In this document: positions 26,198 through 34,300 of the stretch, one piece after another
How the letters are laid out: every line of letters starts with the position of its first letter
Position numbering within the stretch: the first letter of the stretch is position 1
Source: Flavobacteriaceae bacterium
GTDB taxonomy: Bacteria; Bacteroidota; Bacteroidia; Flavobacteriales; Flavobacteriaceae
NCBI GenBank assembly: GCA_018672145.1
Contig: JABHGH010000061.1
Location: forward strand, 1-50,529
Reading direction: 5' to 3'
Length of the DNA: 50,529 nt
Notes under the pieces: model-generated
Database searches by the model: none
Seen by the model: only the letters and a program-made list of their open reading frames with translations
Told to the model about the DNA's origin: nothing
Made by a program: the position numbers and the translations under genes

Positions 26198-26205
26198 TAA
26201 ATTTG
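26198..26205 (+). promoter_or_regulatory. -7 box TAAATTTG for the GNAT-like gene
   Basis: Exact match 15 nt before ATG 26221. This supports that start over the listed 26146. Confidence 0.45.
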
Positions 26206-26220
26206 CATAAAATTACCCAC

Positions 26221-26505
26221 ATGGAAATTACTGATAATTCATTTCTGCGTCAATTCGAAACTGAAACTGCTGAAGGTCTAGCTAAGATAGAATATGCTGA
26301 ACAAGAGAGGAAAATATTTTTAACAAAACTCATCGTTCCTCAGGATCAAAATGATGCTTCTTTTAAGGATGATTTTATCAAAGAAGTCCTCGCTATCATC
26401 GAAGATCGTAACGTTAGCATGATGCCTACTAGCCCCGAAATAGTAAGTTTTATTCGTAAAAACAAAAAATATCGCAGCTTACTTCCGGTCGGCGTTCGCA
26501 TCTAA
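26221..26505 (+). CDS. small GNAT-like N-acetyltransferase (YjdJ-type, about 94 aa)
   Basis: From MEITDNSFLRQFETETAEGLAKIEYAEQERKIFLTKLIVP... the size and pattern fit the single-domain GNAT (Acetyltransf_CG-like) family. The upstream part of the listed ORF overlaps the divergent gene and promoter. Confidence 0.6.
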   Translation: MEITDNSFLRQFETETAEGLAKIEYAEQERKIFLTKLIVPQDQNDASFKDDFIKEVLAIIEDRNVSMMPTSPEIVSFIRKNKKYRSLLPVGVRI

Positions 26506-27827
26506 ACGAGTGCCTTTGTTAAATCAAATCGAACCATCCCACTTGCATCTATGTGAGTGAGCTTTGCAGCTAAGGTCTGATTTTGAAAATCAGGATTCCA
26601 AGGCATTCTCACCTTTACATAATTTTCTGTAAAACCGTGGATATACCCTTCTTTGTTCTCGGATTCAAAAAGAATTGTTTTTGTTTTATGAAGCTGACTC
26701 TCATAAAAAGCATGGCGCTTTTTTGCCGACAAACCTCGTAACATTTTACTGCGCTTGGTTCGAATATTTTTTGGCACATGATTCCCCATTGCAGCCGCTG
26801 GAGTGTTTGGTCGCTCGGAATACGAAAACACATGTAAATAGGACACAGGGAGATCTACTAAAAAATGATATGTGTCAAGAAAGTGATCTTCTGTTTCTCC
26901 AGGGAATCCAACTATCACATCCACGCCAATACAGGCATCTGGCATTGCGCTTTTAATCTTCGCAACGCGTTCTGCATAAAGTTCGCGCTGATAACGTCGT
27001 CGCATTTGACCTAAAATTTCGTTATTGCCGCTTTGTAAAGGAATATGAAAGTGGGGGACAAAGCGTTTTGAACTTGCAACAAAACAAATAAGGTCCTCCA
27101 ATAACAAGTTTGGTTCTATAGACGATATGCGAAAACGATCAATGCCCTCCACTTGATCAAGGGACTGAACCAACTCTAAAAAAGTGTGCTCATGCTTTTT
27201 GTTTCCAAACTCACCCTTGCCATAGTCTCCAATGTTGACGCCAGTAAGAACAATCTCTTTGATGTCCTGATCAACAATTTCCTTCGCTTGCCTGATGATG
27301 TTGTCTAAGCTATCGCTTCGAGACAGTCCGCGCGCCTGTGGAATGGTGCAATATGTACATTTATAATCACAACCATCTTGTACTTTTAGAAAAGCACGTG
27401 TTCGCTCCCCTATTGCATAGCTGCTTATATAGGTGTCCGTTTCTTCAATAGCACAAGCATGAACCTGTGTTTTTTCTTTATTAGAAATGTCGTGGAGATA
27501 AGAAACAACGTCAAACTTTTCCTTAGCACCCAACACAAGGTCAACACCATCAACTTTAGCGAGCTCATGTGGCTGCAATTGGGCATAACACCCAACCGCA
27601 ATAAGAAATGCCTCTGGATTTCTTTTGTGTGTTTGTCGAGCTAATGAAGTGAATTTTTTGTCTGCATTGTCCGTGACAGAACAAGTGTTGATCACATAGA
27701 TGTCTGCTTTGTCCTCAAAGGGTACTCTTTCATAGCCCGCAGACGTAAACTTTCGAGCCAATGTAGATGTCTCCGAAAAGTTCAGTTTACAGCCCAGCGT
27801 GTGAAAAGCAACAGTATGAGGTCTCAA
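26502..27827 (-). CDS. mtaB: tRNA (t6A37) methylthiotransferase MtaB
   Basis: MTTase N-domain VAFHTLGCKLNFSE, radical-SAM CDYKCTYC, C-terminal TRAM. The start is either TTG 27827 (homolog-like N-terminus; my choice) or TTG 27860 (maximal ORF), which coincides with a -7 box. There is no in-frame ATG before the conserved core. Confidence 0.9.
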   Translation of the reverse strand: MRPHTVAFHTLGCKLNFSETSTLARKFTSAGYERVPFEDKADIYVINTCSVTDNADKKFTSLARQTHKRNPEAFLIAVGCYAQLQPHELAKVDGVDLVLGAKEKFDVVSYLHDISNKEKTQVHACAIEETDTYISSYAIGERTRAFLKVQDGCDYKCTYCTIPQARGLSRSDSLDNIIRQAKEIVDQDIKEIVLTGVNIGDYGKGEFGNKKHEHTFLELVQSLDQVEGIDRFRISSIEPNLLLEDLICFVASSKRFVPHFHIPLQSGNNEILGQMRRRYQRELYAERVAKIKSAMPDACIGVDVIVGFPGETEDHFLDTYHFLVDLPVSYLHVFSYSERPNTPAAAMGNHVPKNIRTKRSKMLRGLSAKKRHAFYESQLHKTKTILFESENKEGYIHGFTENYVKVRMPWNPDFQNQTLAAKLTHIDASGMVRFDLTKALV

Positions 27828-27857
27828 ACTTGTATTAATTTTTCTACTTTTATCCTG

Positions 27858-27865
27858 CAAATATA
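27858..27865 (-). promoter_or_regulatory. -7 box TATATTTG for mtaB (its TTG is the maximal-ORF start codon)
   Basis: The minus strand reads gatagTATATTTGcagg, an exact TAnnTTTG match. Confidence 0.4.
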
Positions 27866-27871
27866 CTATCC

Positions 27872-29494
27872 TTGAAAAGGAACAAAAAATTTAGATTTAT
27901 AGTTCGTATATCCACCCTCATTGTTATTGGATTTTCCATGAGCTGTACGCGTCAAACGGGTGAAAACAACCACCAGGTTTTCAGGTTAAATATTCACGAA
28001 AACATCAACACACTTGATCCCGCTTACGCTCGTGATTTACGAAGTATCTGGGCAATGAATCAACTGTTTAATGGGTTGGTAAAGCTGGATGCGGAGCTAA
28101 ATATTCAACCCGATATCGCTAAAAGTTGGGATATTTCGGACGATGGCTTAGTCTATCATTTTTATTTAAGAGATGACGTTTACTTCCATGAATCCTCCCT
28201 TTTTGCAGGAGCCAAAACACGAAAAGTGGTTGCTAGTGATTTTAAGTATAGCTTTGACCGAATAAAAGACTCTAAGATTGCATCGCCAGGCTTGTGGACA
28301 TTAGAAAATGTCGCGTCATATAAAGCAGTTCATGACAGTGTGTTTCAAATAACATTAAAGTCACCCTTTAGCCCCTTTCTGGGTATTCTAAGCATGAAGT
28401 ACCTCAGCGTACTTCCTGAAGAGCTTCGTGCAAACACAGACCATAACATTGGAGTGAAACCCATAGGTACAGGCCCTTTTTACGCAAAAGCTTGGATGCC
28501 AAATTTAAAAATGGTTCTTCGAAAAAACACTCTTTATTTTGAGACCAACAAAAAAGGGCAACAACTACCTCATTTAGAAGCAGTCGCGATCACATTTGTG
28601 CCAGACAAACAAAGTGAGTTTTTACTTTTTTTACAAGGAAAATTGGATATGCTTAACTCGCTAGACTCCTCATACAAGGATGAGCTTTTGGATAAAAACG
28701 GGGAACTACACCCCCATTTTGCAACCAAATACAAGCTGTTGCGATCGCCATACCTCAATACCGAATACATTGGTATTTATATGGATGCTTTGATTCCTGA
28801 AATTCAGTCAAACGCATTACGAAAAGCACTCAACTATGCGATTGATCGCAATGAGATGATTCGGTTTTTGAAGAATAACATAGGGAGCCCCTCAAACAAA
28901 GGGTTTATTCCAAATGGTCTGAATAATAATCTAGATATAAACGGCTACTCGTATGATCCAGGTAAGGCAAAGAAACTTATAGAGGAGTTCCGAAAAGAAA
29001 CGGGAATTCAAAATCCACGCCTGACCCTCTCGACTGATGCCAACTATGTTGATCTTTGCACCTATTTGCAAAACACTTATAAACAACTTGGGATAGAGCT
29101 CGAAATTGAAGTGATGCCACCAGCAGCTTTACGAGAAGCCAAATCCAACGGAAAACTTCAACTGTTTCGAGCGAGTTGGGTTGCAGACTACCCTGATCCT
29201 GAAAACTATCTCCTGCCATACCATTCTTCAAATTTCAGTCCTTATGGTCCAAATTACACTCACTACAGCAATCCAGCTTTTGATAAGGGCTATAAAGAAA
29301 TCACTGCCGAACTGGATATTGAAAAACGAAAAGAAATGATAAGTGAATTGGATCAGAAATTGATTGATGAAGCTCCCTTTGTTCTGCTGTATTATGACGA
29401 GATTTTACGTTTTTTACAGCCCAACGTAAAAGGAATGGAAATTAATCCCATTAACATGCTTGATTTACTAAACGTTCGTAAAGAAAAAAGTTAG
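27872..29494 (+). CDS. ABC transporter substrate-binding protein, family 5 (peptide/nickel type), lipoprotein
   Basis: TTG start. Signal MKRNKKFRFIVRISTLIVIGFSMSC. 540 aa, SBP_bac_5-like throughout (e.g. LDPAYARD..., FRASWVADYPDPENYL). Confidence 0.8.
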   Translation: MKRNKKFRFIVRISTLIVIGFSMSCTRQTGENNHQVFRLNIHENINTLDPAYARDLRSIWAMNQLFNGLVKLDAELNIQPDIAKSWDISDDGLVYHFYLRDDVYFHESSLFAGAKTRKVVASDFKYSFDRIKDSKIASPGLWTLENVASYKAVHDSVFQITLKSPFSPFLGILSMKYLSVLPEELRANTDHNIGVKPIGTGPFYAKAWMPNLKMVLRKNTLYFETNKKGQQLPHLEAVAITFVPDKQSEFLLFLQGKLDMLNSLDSSYKDELLDKNGELHPHFATKYKLLRSPYLNTEYIGIYMDALIPEIQSNALRKALNYAIDRNEMIRFLKNNIGSPSNKGFIPNGLNNNLDINGYSYDPGKAKKLIEEFRKETGIQNPRLTLSTDANYVDLCTYLQNTYKQLGIELEIEVMPPAALREAKSNGKLQLFRASWVADYPDPENYLLPYHSSNFSPYGPNYTHYSNPAFDKGYKEITAELDIEKRKEMISELDQKLIDEAPFVLLYYDEILRFLQPNVKGMEINPINMLDLLNVRKEKS

Positions 29495-30660
29495 GGCTTT
29501 CGATGCTTTGTTGTTCGATCAAAAACCTCCCTTATTCGGCTTTCATCATCAGGAGTCAAGTCTGCTCCTCTACGTTCCTTCATTCGTTTGGCAGTTTCCA
29601 GTACTTTGTCAATTCGATTCTCAACAAATCCTTGTGATCCACCACGCGAAAAGCTTGGTATGAATTGTCGTGGAAATCCATTACCAAACAGGTTGCATCC
29701 TACTCCTACAACAGTGGCAGTGTTAAAAGTAGTTTGAATAGAACACTGTGAATGATCACCCATCAGAAGGCCACAAAACTGCAATCCTGTTTTTGCAAAA
29801 CCTCCATAGGGATAGTCCCAAGCACGAATTGTATTATAATCATTCTTAAGATTGGAAGCGTCTGAGCCAGCGCCAATATTGCACCACTGCCCAATGACTG
29901 CGTTACCTAAAAACCCATCATGCCCCTTATTACTGTTGCCAAAAAATACCACATTATTGAGTTCGCCACCAACTTTAACACTCGGTCCAAAAGAACAGTT
30001 TTCATAAACCTTAGCACCCATTTTAATCACACTGTTTTTACCAATGTAGAGTGGCCCTCTAAGTAATGCACCTTCCATTACACTAGCACCTTCATCAATA
30101 TATATATGACCCTTAGACGTGTTTAGTGTTGTGGCTTCCATATTGACATTGTCCGCAATAAAAATTGATCCATTGCCCAAAACAGTATTCGAATTGGCGA
30201 TTGAATTGCTATTTTGATCGTTGACTAGTAAAGTGAAATCATGATGCAACGCATCTGCATTATGGGAAAAAATATCCCACGTATGTTTTATATGAATGTA
30301 CTGATCTTCATCGACAGATATCACATCATAATCACGAACTAAAGAATCGTCAGAAAAAGCATCGCCATAATAAGCCAACAGCGTGCCATTTGATTCCAGT
30401 TTCTGACCAGGCTGCAAAGACCGAACAGCTTGTAGAAAAAACTTGGAAGGTATAACAGAAGCCAGAATGCAAACATCCGCTTTGGAAGCTTTTGGAACGC
30501 TCAAATAGGAAATCGTTTCAACATCAACAGTCGTTTCCATAAGACGAGCCCAACGATCACGAAAAGTCATCATTCCCATAAATATATCTGCAACTGGTCG
30601 CAAATAAACAAAAGGCAACAAATGCTCACGTTGTTTTCCGTCAAACAATCGAATATGCAT
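29491..30660 (-). CDS. GlmU-family putative sugar nucleotidyltransferase with left-handed beta-helix
   Basis: 389 aa. The N-terminal nucleotidyltransferase-like region lacks the canonical GxGxR motif. The C-terminal hexapeptide repeats include GKNSVIKMGAKVYENCSFGPSVKVGGELNNVVFFG... This is the typical Bacteroidota 'GlmU family protein'. Confidence 0.7.
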   Translation of the reverse strand: MHIRLFDGKQREHLLPFVYLRPVADIFMGMMTFRDRWARLMETTVDVETISYLSVPKASKADVCILASVIPSKFFLQAVRSLQPGQKLESNGTLLAYYGDAFSDDSLVRDYDVISVDEDQYIHIKHTWDIFSHNADALHHDFTLLVNDQNSNSIANSNTVLGNGSIFIADNVNMEATTLNTSKGHIYIDEGASVMEGALLRGPLYIGKNSVIKMGAKVYENCSFGPSVKVGGELNNVVFFGNSNKGHDGFLGNAVIGQWCNIGAGSDASNLKNDYNTIRAWDYPYGGFAKTGLQFCGLLMGDHSQCSIQTTFNTATVVGVGCNLFGNGFPRQFIPSFSRGGSQGFVENRIDKVLETAKRMKERRGADLTPDDESRIREVFDRTTKHRKP

Positions 30661-30680
30661 ATTGATACAAATATCTAAAA

Positions 30681-30708
30681 ATAAAAAAACCTCTCTAATG
30701 AGAGGTTT
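30681..30708 (-). terminator. intrinsic terminator after rpmE
   Basis: The minus strand reads AAACCTCTC-ATTA-GAGAGGTTT followed by TTTTTTAT. It lies 21 nt past the rpmE stop. Confidence 0.65.
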
Positions 30709-30728
30709 AGATCGATCTAAAAAAAAGT

Positions 30729-30980
30729 TTATTTTTTAAACTTAGCGTATTTATTCTTGAACTTATCAATTCGTCCAGCAGTATCAACCAACTTGGCCTT
30801 ACCAGTATAGAACGGATGAGAAGTTCTTGAAATCTCTAGTTTGATTAAGGGATACTCTACCCCTTCAACATCTATTTTTTCTTTTGAATTGGCTGTGGAC
30901 TTTGTGATAAAAACGTCGTCATTAGACATGTCTTTGAAGGCAACCAATCTATAATTTTCGGGATGCACACCTGATTTCAT
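30729..30980 (-). CDS. rpmE: 50S ribosomal protein L31, type B (no Zn ribbon)
   Basis: [10 protein letters not shown]...SHPFYTGK core, 83 aa. It contains no cysteine at all, hence the Zn-independent type B form. Confidence 0.9.
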   Translation of the reverse strand: MKSGVHPENYRLVAFKDMSNDDVFITKSTANSKEKIDVEGVEYPLIKLEISRTSHPFYTGKAKLVDTAGRIDKFKNKYAKFKK

Positions 30981-31004
30981 AGGTCTTTGTAATTAAAATG
31001 AGCG

Positions 31005-31012
31005 CAAATTTA
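31005..31012 (-). promoter_or_regulatory. -7 box TAAATTTG for rpmE
   Basis: Exact match on the minus strand, 24 nt upstream of the ATG. Confidence 0.45.
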
Positions 31013-31052
31013 ATGGTTTTTCCTAATTTTACCATAAAATCAATCAAATATC

Positions 31053-31565
31053 ATGAAAACAAATATACCTACTATTCGTTCGTTCGCCTATAAATATGGT
31101 GCAATCTATGGTGGAATCACCATTGCATTCAGCCTAATGCTCCATATCATGGAACTCACTTACTCTGGTTCTAAAATTCCAGAATTCATTAATTATGCAA
31201 TTTTATTTGCCACCATCGTCTTCGCTATCTATAGTTTTCGTTCAGCAAATGGCAGATTGCTCAGCGTGGGACAGGCTGTTAAATTGGGCACAGGGACAGC
31301 ACTAATTGCAGGAGTTTTTACTGTTTTGTACCTCTTGCTTTTTTCAAATGTCATAGAGCCTGATTTTGTAGAAAGACTCGGAAAGGAAGTAACTGCAAAA
31401 CAACTTATTGAAAAAATGCCAAACCTAACTCAAGATCAAATTCAGCAACAAATTGATTTGCAGACTAAGTTCTTCTGGGTAAGCTATCCTTTCATTTTAA
31501 TTGTCTTTATCATATTTGGCTTGGTAATTAGTTGGATTACTGGACTCATTGCACGTAGACAATAA
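31053..31565 (+). CDS. DUF4199-like inner-membrane protein
   Basis: 170 aa, 4 TM segments. The organisation recalls DUF4199 proteins, which usually precede this GT2 gene in Bacteroidota (from memory). Confidence 0.6.
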   Translation: MKTNIPTIRSFAYKYGAIYGGITIAFSLMLHIMELTYSGSKIPEFINYAILFATIVFAIYSFRSANGRLLSVGQAVKLGTGTALIAGVFTVLYLLLFSNVIEPDFVERLGKEVTAKQLIEKMPNLTQDQIQQQIDLQTKFFWVSYPFILIVFIIFGLVISWITGLIARRQ

Positions 31566-31578
31566 ATAGAATTCTCTA

Positions 31579-32538
31579 GTGAACAAACTCTCTGTTACAG
31601 ATGTATCCATTGTAATTCCTTTTTTAGACGAAGCGGAATCATTACCTGAACTTTATGAACAAATCATGGAGGTGGTTCTCAAATCGGCTTGGTCTTATGA
31701 AATCATTTTTGTCGATGACGGAAGCCATGATGATGGTTGGGATTTTGTACGCTCTATAAGCAAAACCAATCCTTTTATTAAAGGAATCAAGTTTACCCGC
31801 AACTACGGAAAATCTCAAGCATTGCATGTCGGGTTTGAGCTTGCTCAGGGCGAAGTTGTTTTTACGATGGATGCTGACTTGCAAGACAACCCACATGAGT
31901 TACCTGTTCTTTATAACAAGTTAATCAACGAAAACCTTGATATTGTTTCTGGGTGGAAAAAAATTCGGCACGACCCTTTGTTTGGAAAAACAATTCCTTC
32001 CAAATTTTTTAACTGGACAGCCCGTCGATTTTCTGGTATTCCCTTAAATGATTTTAATTGTGGCTTAAAAGCATACAAAAGGGAAGTGGTCAAAGCAATC
32101 CATGTGCATGGAGAGATGCATCGCTACATTCCGTTACTTGCAAAACATGCTGGATACAGTGCTATTGGAGAGCAAGTTGTGGTACATAGCCGTCGAAAAT
32201 ATGGGAAAACAAAATTTGGGCTTGATCGATTTGTCAAAGGTTTTCTAGACCTCATTAGTTTGGTCTTTGTGCAACGCTTTGGCAAAAGACCCATGCACTT
32301 TTTTGGGCTTATCGGAAGTTTAATGCTCCTCACCGGGTTTTGCTTTGCCATTTATCTTGGTATTGACAAGCTATATCTTGAAACAGAAGGGCGTTTAATT
32401 ACTGAACGTCCAGAATTCTATATCTCCTTGACTACTATGATTTTGGGGAGTCAATTTTTTCTTGCCGGCTTTTTAGCGGAACTCATTATGCGCTCAAAAC
32501 AGAAAGCGCCAAACTATACCGTACGAGAAAAGATATAA
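31579..32538 (+). CDS. polyprenyl-phosphate glycosyltransferase (GT2, GtrB/ArnC/DPM1-like)
   Basis: GTG start. SIVIPFLDEAES, VDDGSHD, DADLQD (DxD). Two C-terminal TM helices, as in GtrB-type enzymes. 319 aa. Confidence 0.85.
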   Translation: MNKLSVTDVSIVIPFLDEAESLPELYEQIMEVVLKSAWSYEIIFVDDGSHDDGWDFVRSISKTNPFIKGIKFTRNYGKSQALHVGFELAQGEVVFTMDADLQDNPHELPVLYNKLINENLDIVSGWKKIRHDPLFGKTIPSKFFNWTARRFSGIPLNDFNCGLKAYKREVVKAIHVHGEMHRYIPLLAKHAGYSAIGEQVVVHSRRKYGKTKFGLDRFVKGFLDLISLVFVQRFGKRPMHFFGLIGSLMLLTGFCFAIYLGIDKLYLETEGRLITERPEFYISLTTMILGSQFFLAGFLAELIMRSKQKAPNYTVREKI

Positions 32539-32590
32539 ATCAAGAAAAGACGATAGGATTACCTAACTTTGTGTTTTGTAATTGAATTCG

Positions 32591-34300
32591 ATGAAAGTTA
32601 ATTTTATGGAACGAGCTGCTAAGTGGCAGCAAGCCCCTTTTGACAAGGAAACTCAGAACAACGTAAACATCCTATCTTCAGACGAAAAAGCACTAGAGGA
32701 TGCTTTTTATACAGATCTCACTTTTGGAACTGGGGGGATGCGTGGTATCATGGGAGTCGGAACCAACCGCGTGAATCGATACACATTTGGTAGAACCACG
32801 CAAGGGTTGAGCAATTACATCAATCATAAGTTTCAAAATAATCCAAACAAGGTAATCATTGGATATGACTGCAGACACCAAAGTGACGCGTTGGCCCAAA
32901 CAGTCGCCGACATCTTTTCTGCAAACAATATCAAAGTTTATCTTTTTTCATCGTTACGCCCAACGCCTGAAGTTTCTTTTGCGGTTCGTTATTTAGGAGC
33001 GCAATGTGGTATTGTTCTTACTGCATCACACAACCCACCCGAATACAACGGATATAAAGTCTATTGGGAAGATGGGGGGCAAATTGTTCCGCCACACGAC
33101 AACGCCATCATCAAAGAAATCAGTAAGGTTGACTTTTCTGATATTCAATTTACCAGCAAACCAAAAAACATTGAACTCGTAGGGAAAGAAATTGATGATG
33201 CGTTTCAAACGGCATGTGTCAAAAATGGTCGCTTAGGAAATGGAGAGCGGTCAAACCTCAATATTGTGTTTACCTCGCTACATGGCACCTCGATTACTGC
33301 AATTCCTGATGTTCTACAACAAGCAGGATACACACAGGTTCATGTTGTAGAGGAACAAGCTGAGCCAAATGGTGACTTCCCTACCGTAGAATCGCCCAAC
33401 CCTGAAGAGCCTGCTGCCCTTGCTTTGGCTCTTCAAAGAGCAAAAGAAACGAACGCTGATATTGTCATTGGTACAGACCCAGATGCCGACCGACTTGGAA
33501 TCGCCGTTCGTAATCCTAAAGGAGAGATGGAGTTGCTCAATGGCAATCAAACAATGATCGTTATGACGCAGTTTATCCTCGATCATGTAAAAAGAGAGAA
33601 AAACAAACAATACTTTATCGGATCCACAATCGTGTCAACTCCAATGATGCCAGCCCTAGCAGCTCATTATAAGGTGAATTTTAAAATGGGTTTAACAGGG
33701 TTTAAATGGATTGCCAAAATGATTGAAGACTACCCTGATGAGATTTTTTTAGGAGGTGGAGAAGAAAGCTTTGGATTTATGGTAGGAGATTTTGTACGGG
33801 ATAAAGACGCTGTGACTGCGACTCTACTTGCGTGTGAAGTAGCCGCAACCGCCCAGTCTAAAGGAGAAACATTTTACGATCAACTTATTCATGCCTATGA
33901 AAAGCTTGGGCTTTATCAAGAAAAACTCGTCTCTTTTGTTAAGAATGGAAAAGAGGGAGTCGCCGAAATCAAACAAATGATGGAAACTCTGCGCTCAACT
34001 CCCCCATCAACGATTGACGGTAGCAAAGTTTGCTTTGTAGAAGACTATAAAAATGGCGTTCGTTGTGACTTAAACGATGGAACAAACACTCCCCTTTCTT
34101 TGCCAAAATCTGATGTCATCCTATTTATTGCAGCCGATGGAACTCGAGTAGCTGCACGACCTAGTGGCACTGAACCTAAAATTAAATTTTATTTTAGTGT
34201 TAACAACCCTGATTTTGAAAAAGCAGATTATGAGGGTTTACAATCAGCATTGCTTAAAAAAATTGATCGAATTTGCACTGAACTTGGATTGACGTCATGA
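32591..34300 (+). CDS. phospho-sugar mutase (phosphoglucomutase/phosphomannomutase family)
   Basis: Active-site loop TASHNPPEYNGYK, Mg site GTDPDADR, sugar loop GGEESFG. The start is ambiguous (TTG 32582, ATG 32591, ATG 32606). Confidence 0.85.
   Translation: MKVNFMERAAKWQQAPFDKETQNNVNILSSDEKALEDAFYTDLTFGTGGMRGIMGVGTNRVNRYTFGRTTQGLSNYINHKFQNNPNKVIIGYDCRHQSDALAQTVADIFSANNIKVYLFSSLRPTPEVSFAVRYLGAQCGIVLTASHNPPEYNGYKVYWEDGGQIVPPHDNAIIKEISKVDFSDIQFTSKPKNIELVGKEIDDAFQTACVKNGRLGNGERSNLNIVFTSLHGTSITAIPDVLQQAGYTQVHVVEEQAEPNGDFPTVESPNPEEPAALALALQRAKETNADIVIGTDPDADRLGIAVRNPKGEMELLNGNQTMIVMTQFILDHVKREKNKQYFIGSTIVSTPMMPALAAHYKVNFKMGLTGFKWIAKMIEDYPDEIFLGGGEESFGFMVGDFVRDKDAVTATLLACEVAATAQSKGETFYDQLIHAYEKLGLYQEKLVSFVKNGKEGVAEIKQMMETLRSTPPSTIDGSKVCFVEDYKNGVRCDLNDGTNTPLSLPKSDVILFIAADGTRVAARPSGTEPKIKFYFSVNNPDFEKADYEGLQSALLKKIDRICTELGLTS

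Noticed and set aside
26146-26220. Upstream extension of the GNAT-like ORF.
   Set aside because: It would overlap the divergent hydrolase start and its promoter. An exact -7 box at 26198-26205 sits inside it, 15 nt before ATG 26221.
30729-31052. Zur-regulated zinc-sparing paralog hypothesis for the Cys-free type-B L31.
   Set aside because: I see no Zur-box-like palindrome in the 72-nt upstream region, only an ordinary -7 box. Type-B L31 is, as far as I recall, the normal sole copy in many Bacteroidota.
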